From the NCBI GenBank assembly GCA_003222975.1, contig QHXN01000028.1, positions 13,820 through 77,819 of the forward strand: 64,000 nt of DNA, written 5' to 3'. The notes beneath the pieces were generated by a model. That model had not been told where the DNA came from, did not search any database, and saw only the letters and a program-made list of their open reading frames with translations. How positions within the stretch are numbered: position 1 is the stretch's first letter; each line of letters begins with the position of its first letter. The stretch is from Acidobacteriota bacterium. GTDB taxonomy: Bacteria > Acidobacteriota > Blastocatellia > Pyrinomonadales > Pyrinomonadaceae. The position numbers and the translations under genes were made by a program. Of the stretch, positions 58,101 through 64,000 are shown piece after piece.

Positions 58101-59582
58101 GACGAAGGCAACCTCTACCTCGTCGGTCGCTCGAAAGAGATCATCGTTGACACGAACGGCAAGAACGTCTATCCGGACGAGATCGAGGAGCTTTACAAGG
58201 ACTCGCCGCTCGTCAAAGAACTCGGAGTCGTCGGCATCGCCGAGGGGCTGGGCGAGAAGGTCGCGTGCCTCGTCGTCCCCGACTACGACTCCGACATCAG
58301 CCTTCAGCGTGAAGAGGTGCACCGCCGAATCGAAAACCACTTCCGCGAAATCTCCTCGGCGCTCCCCTTCTACAAGCGCGTCAAGGCGCTCTACTTCACC
58401 GACACGGAACTCCCGCGCACGGCGACGCGCAAGGTCAAGCGCCGCGAGGTCATCCGCATCATCCAGTCGCTCGAAGCCTCAAAGCGCGCAGGGATAACGG
58501 AAAAAACAGCGCCGCGCGAGACGCACCACGACGCCGACTGGCTGCTCGGACTCGTCGCTTCCGTTTCGGGGCGACCGCGCGCGCAGGTCTCGCTCGACTC
58601 GCGCCTGTCCGAACTCGGCTTCGACAGCCTGATGTTCGTCGAGCTGGCAACGTCAATCGAGCAGGCGGGCGGCACAATCGTCTCGCCCGACACCTTGAAC
58701 GAGGTGACGGACGTGCGCGAGCTGTACTCGGTCGTCCGCCGGCGCGAGACCGCGGCGGCCCGGCGTGCGGCGGAGGCGCGCGCCGAGGAAGACCGCCGCG
58801 TCGAGGAGCGAGAGATTTACGTCCCCACGCTCGTCCGCACGGTCGGCAACCGCGCCGTTGATATAACGCAGCGGCTCCTCTACGAGCGCGTGCTCGAAAC
58901 TCACGTGGAGGGGCGCTCGAACATCCCCACCCACACCAACTTCATCGCGGCGACCAACCACACCTCGCACCTCGACACGGGACTCATCAAGTACGCGCTC
59001 GGCGAGTACGGGCGCGACATGGTCGCGCTCGCCGCCGCCGACTACTTCTTCGACAATCGTTACAAGCGCGCCTACATGAACAACTTCACGAACATCGTCC
59101 CCATCGAGCGTTCGGGAAGTCTGCGCCAGTCGCTCCGCCACGCGCGCTCGTTCCTCGAACGGGGCTACACGGCTCTCATCTTCCCCGAAGGCACGCGCTC
59201 GATGACGGGCGAGATGGCCGAGTTCAAGTCGGGCTTCGCCTACCTCGCCCTGAACACGCGCACCGGCATCCTGCCCGCATACCTCTGGGGCACCTACGAA
59301 GCTTTCCCGAAAGGCTCGACCGTACTCAAAGGGCGCGAGGTCGGCGCGCGCATCGGTCGCTTCCTCGCCATCGAGGAACTCGAAGAGCTGACCCGTGGGA
59401 TGCCGCGCGCCGAAGCCTACCGCCTCGTCGCCGCGCTCGTCCGCCACGAGATCGAGAACCTGCGCGACGGCACGCGCCACGCCTTCGACGCCACCACGCT
59501 CCGCCGCCGCTGGAAGGCCGAGCGCCATCACAGCCACGAAGACGCGCACGACGAGGGCGAGCTTGCGACGACGGGAGACTGA
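55128..59582 (+). CDS. elbD: multidomain ether-lipid biosynthesis enzyme, ElbD-like (fatty acyl reductase + AMP-ligase + carrier protein + PlsC acyltransferase)
   Basis: The reductase Rossmann IIGATGFVGKV is at about 55180. The adenylation core LIFTSGTTGQPKGVMLSHKN is at about 57290, with GYGLTE and GDLG. The Ppant site LGFDSLMFVEL is at about 58615. The acyltransferase motifs are NHTSHLD at about 58965 and FPEGTRS at about 59185. The start could alternatively be GTG 55086. Confidence 0.8.
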   Translation: MKLSPTEIYNGRNVFIIGATGFVGKVALSMLLDRFPGVGRVYVTVRARSKEESETRFWNNVITAPPFDPVRERYGAAFEEFIRDKVRVVNGDISEERLGFTEEEAQTVASDIDVLINSAGNVTFNPTLESALRTNVVGTQNVIAFARRMRRPALVHISTCFVAGNRTGPVWESDPVLGYFPRREELRGVEFNVEHEIRDCARLAERVREEARDALQVARFRENARKRLVEEGRDPDDLDAMGLAVARERKLWTRERLTELGIERATFWGWPNIYTYTKSLGEQLVAAEKEIVRAIIRPSIVESALSYPFPGWNEGFTTTAPLIFIALKGQQQIPVNDKLILDITPVDQVAAVMLAVAAETIEREPRLVYQAATGDSNPNTMERIVGLLGLHKRKHFQEKETGFRIVNEFAARMETKPVTPSRFDAMSTPMVNAAARRASSLLERVRPRWGGGRLTDIVDRAKATVGRVEEFTRETEEAFEMFRPFMVENAYIFRSDNVRSLFSQVREDERQLLKWNPEQFDWYDYWMNVHFPGLKKWVFPKLEEDMRAQPKRVYTYRDLLELFETSAKRFSTRVAMRVERDGEQERYTYADIQELATRAAAFFASQGVKPADRVLLASHNAPEWGISYFGVLKAGATCVPVDPESSTEELVNFARASGATGVILGEKADAEHPDLQEKLIEAGLEARLWRYAEIFELTDEATEDRRIALLPARVSPNTVASLIFTSGTTGQPKGVMLSHKNLTNMVSMLASVFEMDTGDGVLSVLPLYHTFEFSTGFLTPLSRGTQITYLSELNGEELARAIKHNHVTGMVGVPALWELLHRRIMSRLRERGEWVGSAAEAMMRFNSWLRDKTPLNLGQVIFLPIHRGLGGNIRYLISGGSALNEKVKRDMHGLGFTILEGYGLTEASPVLTVTRPQNSLNAASVGKALPGVEIRIADAGRVGVGDADSSGIGEVIARGPNVMLGYYRNEQATQSALTGRWLSTGDLGRLDDEGNLYLVGRSKEIIVDTNGKNVYPDEIEELYKDSPLVKELGVVGIAEGLGEKVACLVVPDYDSDISLQREEVHRRIENHFREISSALPFYKRVKALYFTDTELPRTATRKVKRREVIRIIQSLEASKRAGITEKTAPRETHHDADWLLGLVASVSGRPRAQVSLDSRLSELGFDSLMFVELATSIEQAGGTIVSPDTLNEVTDVRELYSVVRRRETAAARRAAEARAEEDRRVEEREIYVPTLVRTVGNRAVDITQRLLYERVLETHVEGRSNIPTHTNFIAATNHTSHLDTGLIKYALGEYGRDMVALAAADYFFDNRYKRAYMNNFTNIVPIERSGSLRQSLRHARSFLERGYTALIFPEGTRSMTGEMAEFKSGFAYLALNTRTGILPAYLWGTYEAFPKGSTVLKGREVGARIGRFLAIEELEELTRGMPRAEAYRLVAALVRHEIENLRDGTRHAFDATTLRRRWKAERHHSHEDAHDEGELATTGD

Positions 59583-59587
59583 GCGAT

Positions 59588-59656
59588 AGTTCCAAGTTCA
59601 AGGTTCAAAGTCGGCGGCCTTGAACTTTGAACCTTGAACTTGGAACTTTGAACTTT
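59588..59656. repeat. heptamer-periodic hairpin element (AGTTCCA/AGTTCAA/GGTTCAA)
   Basis: A perfect 23-bp stem pairs 59588-59610 with 59625-59647, followed by extra TTGAACT units up to 59656. It lies between the ElbD-like stop (59580-82) and the SDR ATG (59658). Confidence 0.95.
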
Positions 59657-59657
59657 C

Positions 59658-60779
59658 ATGGCCGCGACAAAGAAAAGCACCGCGAAGAAGGGGGCGACGA
59701 AAGCCGCGGCTAAGGCTAAGAAGGCTGAGGGCGCGTCGAAGACGGGCGCGCTCGCCAGAAGGCGGCGGCCCTTGACGCTCGTCACGGGCGGGACGGGATT
59801 CCTCGGCTCGCACCTCGTCAGACTGCTCGTCGCGGAGGGCGTGAAGCCTCTGCGCGTGCTCTCGACTTCCGCGCCCGCGTGGCTCGAAGAACTAGGCGTC
59901 GAGACCGTCAAAGGCTCGGTCACTTCGCCGGAGGACGCCCGGCGTGCGGTCGAGGGCGTCGCGGAGGTCTATCATCTGGCGGGGCGTGTCTCGCGCGATA
60001 AGGAAGACGCGCACAAGATGTACAGCCTGCACGTCGAGGGCACGCGCGTCTTGTGCGAGGCGGCGCGTGGGGCGGGCGTCCGCTCGATGGTCTTGGCCTC
60101 GACGAGCGGCACAATCGCCGTGACGGACACGGGCGACGTTGTGCCGGACGAGGACTGGCCCGTCCCGCTCGAAATCATCTCGCGCTGGCCTTACTACGCG
60201 AGCAAGCTCTACCAGGAGCGCGTCGCCCTCGAACACTTTTCGGGCAAGAACCGTCGGCTCGTCATCATGAATCCGAGCCTGCTGCTCGGCCCCGGCGACG
60301 AGCGTTTGAGTTCGACTAAGGTCGTGCTCGACTTCCTCGCGCGCAAAATCCCGACCGTGCCCAAAGGCGGCCTGAGCTTCGTGGACGCGCGCGACGCGGC
60401 GCATGCCTTCTACGCCGCGATGCAGCAGGGCGCGCACGGCGAGCGCTACCTGCTCGGCTCGGCGAACTGGACTTTCGAGAAGTTCTTCGGGCGTCTGGAG
60501 CGCATCACGAAAGTCTCCGCTCCGTTCGTCTCGCTTCCCTCGAAGCTCGCTGTTGCGGGGGCGCGTGGGCTTAGCTCAATCTTCCGCCAGTGGAAACTCG
60601 CCCCGCCCGTCGAGCCAGCCGAGATCGAGATGGCCGAATACTTCTGGTACCTCGACTCGTCGAAGGCGCGGACGGAACTCGGCTTCACGCCGCGCGACAC
60701 GTCGGAGACTTTGCTCGACACGGTCAACTACGTGCGCGAGAACTTCCTCGGCGGCGAGGCTTTCCGCAACGCGGGTTGA
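59658..60779 (+). CDS. NAD-dependent epimerase/dehydratase family (extended SDR) protein
   Basis: VTGGTGFLGSHLVRLL, YYASK. There is a 38-aa Lys/Ala-rich N-terminal extension if ATG 59658 is used. The alternative TTG 59772 gives MTLVTGGTG. Confidence 0.8.
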   Translation: MAATKKSTAKKGATKAAAKAKKAEGASKTGALARRRRPLTLVTGGTGFLGSHLVRLLVAEGVKPLRVLSTSAPAWLEELGVETVKGSVTSPEDARRAVEGVAEVYHLAGRVSRDKEDAHKMYSLHVEGTRVLCEAARGAGVRSMVLASTSGTIAVTDTGDVVPDEDWPVPLEIISRWPYYASKLYQERVALEHFSGKNRRLVIMNPSLLLGPGDERLSSTKVVLDFLARKIPTVPKGGLSFVDARDAAHAFYAAMQQGAHGERYLLGSANWTFEKFFGRLERITKVSAPFVSLPSKLAVAGARGLSSIFRQWKLAPPVEPAEIEMAEYFWYLDSSKARTELGFTPRDTSETLLDTVNYVRENFLGGEAFRNAG

Positions 60780-60785
60780 ATGGTT

Positions 60786-61727
60786 TCAGGGACACCGAAC
60801 GCGCAGCGCCCCCGGCACAATCTCAAATGTCGCGGGCAAGCGCCCGGCAAGCTCGCCGTCAATCTCCAGCTTCACTTCTTCGCCGGCAACGGGCTGCGCG
60901 GCCACGCGGCGCGCGTGCGCGTGGCGAACATCCTGCATGCCGAGGTGCGTGCCGAGATAGACGCGGTAAGATTTAGTGAGTATCGCGAGCGCGCTCATGT
61001 CGCCAACGGCGACCACGTCGAACAGGCCGTCGTCCAGCACAGCCCCCGGCGCGATCTTCATGCCGCCGCCGAAGAAACGCGCGTTCGCCACGCAGAAGTT
61101 CGTGACGACCAGACGCGACTCGCGCCCGTCGTCGAGCGAGACGCGCACGGCGGGCTTCTCGAAAGTGAGCGTTGACTGAAGGGCCGCGAGCGCGAACGTG
61201 AGCCTGCCTCCGACGAGGCGCGACGCGCCCGCCGAGAGTCCGGCGCGCTCCTTCACGCGGCGGATCACGTCGCCGCCCATGCCGAACGAGGCCACGTTCA
61301 AAAAAAATCTCGTCTCCTCTTCCCCGCCCTCGCTCGTGAAGTGGACGCGGCCCGCGTCCAACACTCGCGTCTCGCCGTCGCGCAAGTGCCGCGCGGCGTC
61401 GGCGGCGCGCGTCGGGATTTTTAATGTGCGCCGGAAGTCGCCGCCCGTGCCGCTCGGCAGCACGCCGAGTTCTGCCCGCGCGCCAGCGCGCAGGATGCCG
61501 TTCACTACCTCATTGATCGTGCCGTCGCCCCCGCAGGCGACGACGAGCGCGCGGCCCGCGCGCGCCTCGCGCTCGGCTATCTCTTCGGCCTCGCCGCCAC
61601 GCCGCGTGAACGCCACCTCGAACGGGCCGAAGTGTCGGCGCACCTCGCTCGCCAAGCCCGGCCAGGCCGCGCCGGTCGCGCCGCCCGCCGACGCGGGGTT
61701 GACGATGATGAGAGGCAGCAGAGACAT
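60786..61727 (-). CDS. diacylglycerol/lipid kinase family protein (YegS/DagK type)
   Basis: IIVNPASAGG...VVACGGDGTINEVVNG...LGVLPSGTGGDF... Confidence 0.85.
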   Translation of the reverse strand: MSLLPLIIVNPASAGGATGAAWPGLASEVRRHFGPFEVAFTRRGGEAEEIAEREARAGRALVVACGGDGTINEVVNGILRAGARAELGVLPSGTGGDFRRTLKIPTRAADAARHLRDGETRVLDAGRVHFTSEGGEEETRFFLNVASFGMGGDVIRRVKERAGLSAGASRLVGGRLTFALAALQSTLTFEKPAVRVSLDDGRESRLVVTNFCVANARFFGGGMKIAPGAVLDDGLFDVVAVGDMSALAILTKSYRVYLGTHLGMQDVRHAHARRVAAQPVAGEEVKLEIDGELAGRLPATFEIVPGALRVRCP

Positions 61728-62675
61728 TTATGATTTGCGATTGTAGATTTGAGATTTCATCCGGGCCGATGGCGCGGAGTCGAGCGCGTCGTACTTCGCT
61801 TCGAGTGCGCGCTCGGCGCGATCCTGCTCGCCGAGTTCGGCGATCTTCGACATACAGAAGTCGGCGATCTCCTTGTAGGTGCGAACCGAGTCGCGCCGTT
61901 CGTAGAACTCGGAGAAGTCGAGCGCGGGGCCGAAGCGCACGCGCACCGGCTCGCCGCCGCGCCAGTTGCCCGTGACTTGATGCGCGAGGTCGTTGCCTAA
62001 ACCCGCGATGAAGACGGGCACGACCTGCGGGCGGGCGTCCTTTATCAGTTTGCCGATGCCGGGCTGCGGGCGCAGGTACGTGTAAGGGTCTGCCGACTTG
62101 TTGCGCGTGCCTTCGGGATGGAAGCCTATGACGTTGCCCGCGCCCTCGCGGCAAAGCCCTGTGAGCAGGCGCATCGAGAGCTTGTCGAACTCACGCTTCT
62201 CGACCAGAGGGTTCTCGCCGCCCGCGAAGAAGGGCGGGAACATTGACCACCAGCCCATGACGAAGTTGACGACGAGGCCGCCCGCCGAGTCGTAGAAGAA
62301 GCGACCGCGCACGGGGAAGAACAGTTGTTTGCGCCAGCGCGTCCGGCGGAAGAGCACGGTCGAGACGACGTACATGTCGAAGAACGAGCGGTGGTTGGCG
62401 ACCAGCAGCAGCGGGCGTCCGTGCGAGACCGCCTCGACGTATTCGAGGCCGTGGACGCGCATCAGGTTGTAAGTCGAAAGATGAATCCAGCCCGCGCCGA
62501 CGACGCGCTGGCAGAAAGTCCAGAAGCGCTTCCAAGCCCCCCGGTTCATCCGCCAGGCGAGGCGGAACGCGAAGCGCTCGAACGGCGAGAGCACGGCCAA
62601 CTCCTCAGCCGTCGCCTCGACCGCGCCCGCCCCGTCCTGTTTCACCTCGACTCCCATCTCGACCGGATTGTTCAT
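61728..62675 (-). CDS. PlsC-family acyltransferase (lysophospholipid acyltransferase-like)
   Basis: The HX4D motif is VANHRSFFD and the second motif is FHPEGTRN. The stop TAA abuts the lipid-kinase ATG. I prefer ATG 62675, whereas the track start is TTG 62762. Confidence 0.75.
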   Translation of the reverse strand: MNNPVEMGVEVKQDGAGAVEATAEELAVLSPFERFAFRLAWRMNRGAWKRFWTFCQRVVGAGWIHLSTYNLMRVHGLEYVEAVSHGRPLLLVANHRSFFDMYVVSTVLFRRTRWRKQLFFPVRGRFFYDSAGGLVVNFVMGWWSMFPPFFAGGENPLVEKREFDKLSMRLLTGLCREGAGNVIGFHPEGTRNKSADPYTYLRPQPGIGKLIKDARPQVVPVFIAGLGNDLAHQVTGNWRGGEPVRVRFGPALDFSEFYERRDSVRTYKEIADFCMSKIAELGEQDRAERALEAKYDALDSAPSARMKSQIYNRKS

Positions 62676-62765
62676 GTGCCACCGGCTCAAAATTAATGGA
62701 CTGAAGCGGAGTCGCGCAAGCGGCGAGTCTATGACGATTTTCAGTTGAGCGTATGGCAACAACCG

Positions 62766-62859
62766 TTAACCACCGCAGGCACAGAGGGCACGGAGACGGC
62801 ACAGAAGTCCTGTTTTCTCTGCGAAACCTCCGTGCCCTCTGTGCCTGCGGTGGTTTAAT
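62766..62859. repeat. hairpin element of the CACAGAG family
   Basis: The 27-bp perfect stem accaccgcaggcacagagggcacggag (in 62766-62795) pairs with ctccgtgccctctgtgcctgcggtggt (in 62829-62859). It shares the TTAACCAC...GTGGTTA ends with the 17385 element. Confidence 0.9.
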
Positions 62860-62891
62860 CCCGACGCGCCTTACGCACAACCGAAGAGGCT

Positions 62892-64000
62892 TCAGTCAAT
62901 CGAAAAATACTTGGCCTCCTCGTGGTGGACGATGATGGCGGAGGTGGATTGTTCGGGCACGAGCTGGAACTCCTCGCTCAACTCCACGTCAATGCGCGAA
63001 GGGTCGAGCAGCTCGAAGAGCTTGGTCTGGTCTTCGAGGTTCGGGCAGGCCGGGTAGCCGAAGCTGAAGCGCGAGCCTTGATAGCCCTGGTGGAAGAGTT
63101 TCGCAAGCTCCTTCGCGTCCTTGCCCGCGATGCCGAGTTCTTCACGGATACGCTTGTGCCAGAGTTCGGCCATCGCCTCGGCGGACTCGACCGAGAGGCC
63201 GTGGAAGTAGAGGTAGTCCGCGTAATTGTCCGCGCGGAAAAGTTCCTGCGCGTACTCGCTCGCGCGCCGACCGACGGTGACGAGGTGGAAGGCGACCACG
63301 TCCACGCGCCCCGACTCCCGCGACGCGAAGAAGTCCGCGAGGCAGAGGCGTCGGCCAGCGGGCTGTCGCGGGAAGGTGAAGCGCACGCGCTCCGTCCGCT
63401 CGTCGTCCTGATAGACAACGAGGTCGTTGCCCTCGGACTGGCAGGGGAAGTAGCCGTAAGTTACGCGCGGCGCGAGGAGTCCTTCGCGCTTCGAGCGCTC
63501 CTTCAACTCGTCATAGACGGGCCGGACTTTTTCGGCGACGAGGGCGCGGTACTCTTCCGCGGAGCGCCGCCCCTGCTTGAACTGCCACTGACCTTTGAAG
63601 AGCGCCGTCTCGTTGACGAAGGCGAACACGTCGGCGAGCGGAACGTCGGCGACGCGCGAGCCGTAGAAGGGCGCGCGGGGGATGGGAGCATTCGGGTTCA
63701 CGTCCGAGCGCGTCGTGTCCGAAGTGTCGCCCGCTGGCGGGCGCGCGGCGCGCTGTCGCGCGTGACGGCGCACGCCGAGCTTGGCGTCTTCGCCCACGAG
63801 TTCTTCCGCCTCATCATTTGCGCCGTCGGCCTGAGCGTCGCCGCCTGCGCCGGCTTTCGCGGCTGCCGCCCTCTCTTTCTGCGCCTCCACGCCCGCGCCC
63901 GCGCCGCCCTTCAGGGCGTCCATGATGTGCAGGCCGTCGAAGGCGTCCTTGGCGTAGAAGAGCGTCCCCTTGTAGAGCGACTTCAAGTCTTCGTCAACGT
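62892..64000 (-). CDS. metH: methionine synthase MetH, C-terminal part (end of B12 domain plus AdoMet activation domain); 5' part outside window
   Basis: ...FKGQWQFKQGR...YGYFPCQSEGNDLVVY...RLCLADFF...DVVAFHLVTVG...YLYFHGLSVESAEAMAE..HKRIR.ELG...QGYQGSRFSFGYPACPNLEDQ... The frame stays open to position 64000. Confidence 0.88.
   Translation of the reverse strand, partial: VDEDLKSLYKGTLFYAKDAFDGLHIMDALKGGAGAGVEAQKERAAAAKAGAGGDAQADGANDEAEELVGEDAKLGVRRHARQRAARPPAGDTSDTTRSDVNPNAPIPRAPFYGSRVADVPLADVFAFVNETALFKGQWQFKQGRRSAEEYRALVAEKVRPVYDELKERSKREGLLAPRVTYGYFPCQSEGNDLVVYQDDERTERVRFTFPRQPAGRRLCLADFFASRESGRVDVVAFHLVTVGRRASEYAQELFRADNYADYLYFHGLSVESAEAMAELWHKRIREELGIAGKDAKELAKLFHQGYQGSRFSFGYPACPNLEDQTKLFELLDPSRIDVELSEEFQLVPEQSTSAIIVHHEEAKYFSID

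Noticed and set aside
61731-61757. GATTTGCGATTGTAGATTTGAGATTTC resembling half of a heptamer element
   Set aside because: It has no complementary partner arm and lies inside the 3' coding end of the PlsC-like gene (..SQIYNRKS*). It is possibly a relic, but there is not enough evidence to call it an element.

Overview
This is a GC-rich bacterial chromosomal segment, probably from Acidobacteriota. That lineage call is an inference from three proteins: a VWFA-related Acidobacterial-domain protein, a Tes-like radical-SAM enzyme and an ElbD-like four-domain enzyme. From 1 to 40.4 kb almost every gene is on the minus strand. In order these are:
- a Zn-ADH fragment and an SRPBCC protein;
- tRNA-Pro(CGG) with a tiny AT-richer HNH-endonuclease islet;
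- dedA, pcm and surE;
- a 680-aa Tes-like radical-SAM gene;
- a near-complete histidine operon (hisZ-G-D-C-B-H-F-IE-N) preceded by a His-rich leader peptide with a terminator/antiterminator;
- VWA, secreted-repeat, SLT and AAA+ genes;
- a complete Tad/Flp pilus locus (TPR, tadC, tadB, cpaF, cpaE, 2x tadE, tadG, cpaC, cpaB, cpaA, 3x flp);
- two GT-C-like membrane proteins (one frameshifted), an M50-like protease and a sigma-54 activator.

From 40.9 to 52.5 kb the window holds ftsB, a split B12 acyl-CoA mutase with isobutyryl-CoA-mutase-type residues, crotonases, an alpha/beta hydrolase, a split AtuA with a NUDIX gene inserted, an odd Arg-cluster/Asn-Thr low-complexity secreted protein and an acyl-CoA carboxyltransferase.

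From 52.7 to 62.7 kb there is an elb-like ether-lipid cluster (HAD, LarA-N-like, ElbD-like 1484 aa, SDR) plus a lipid kinase and a PlsC-like acyltransferase. The window ends in the 3' part of metH.

The most striking unexplained signal is a set of about 20 intergenic hairpins whose arms are tandem heptamers. They sit exactly between the stop codon of one gene and the start codon of the next. The downstream start is often flush against the hairpin foot and has no Shine-Dalgarno sequence.
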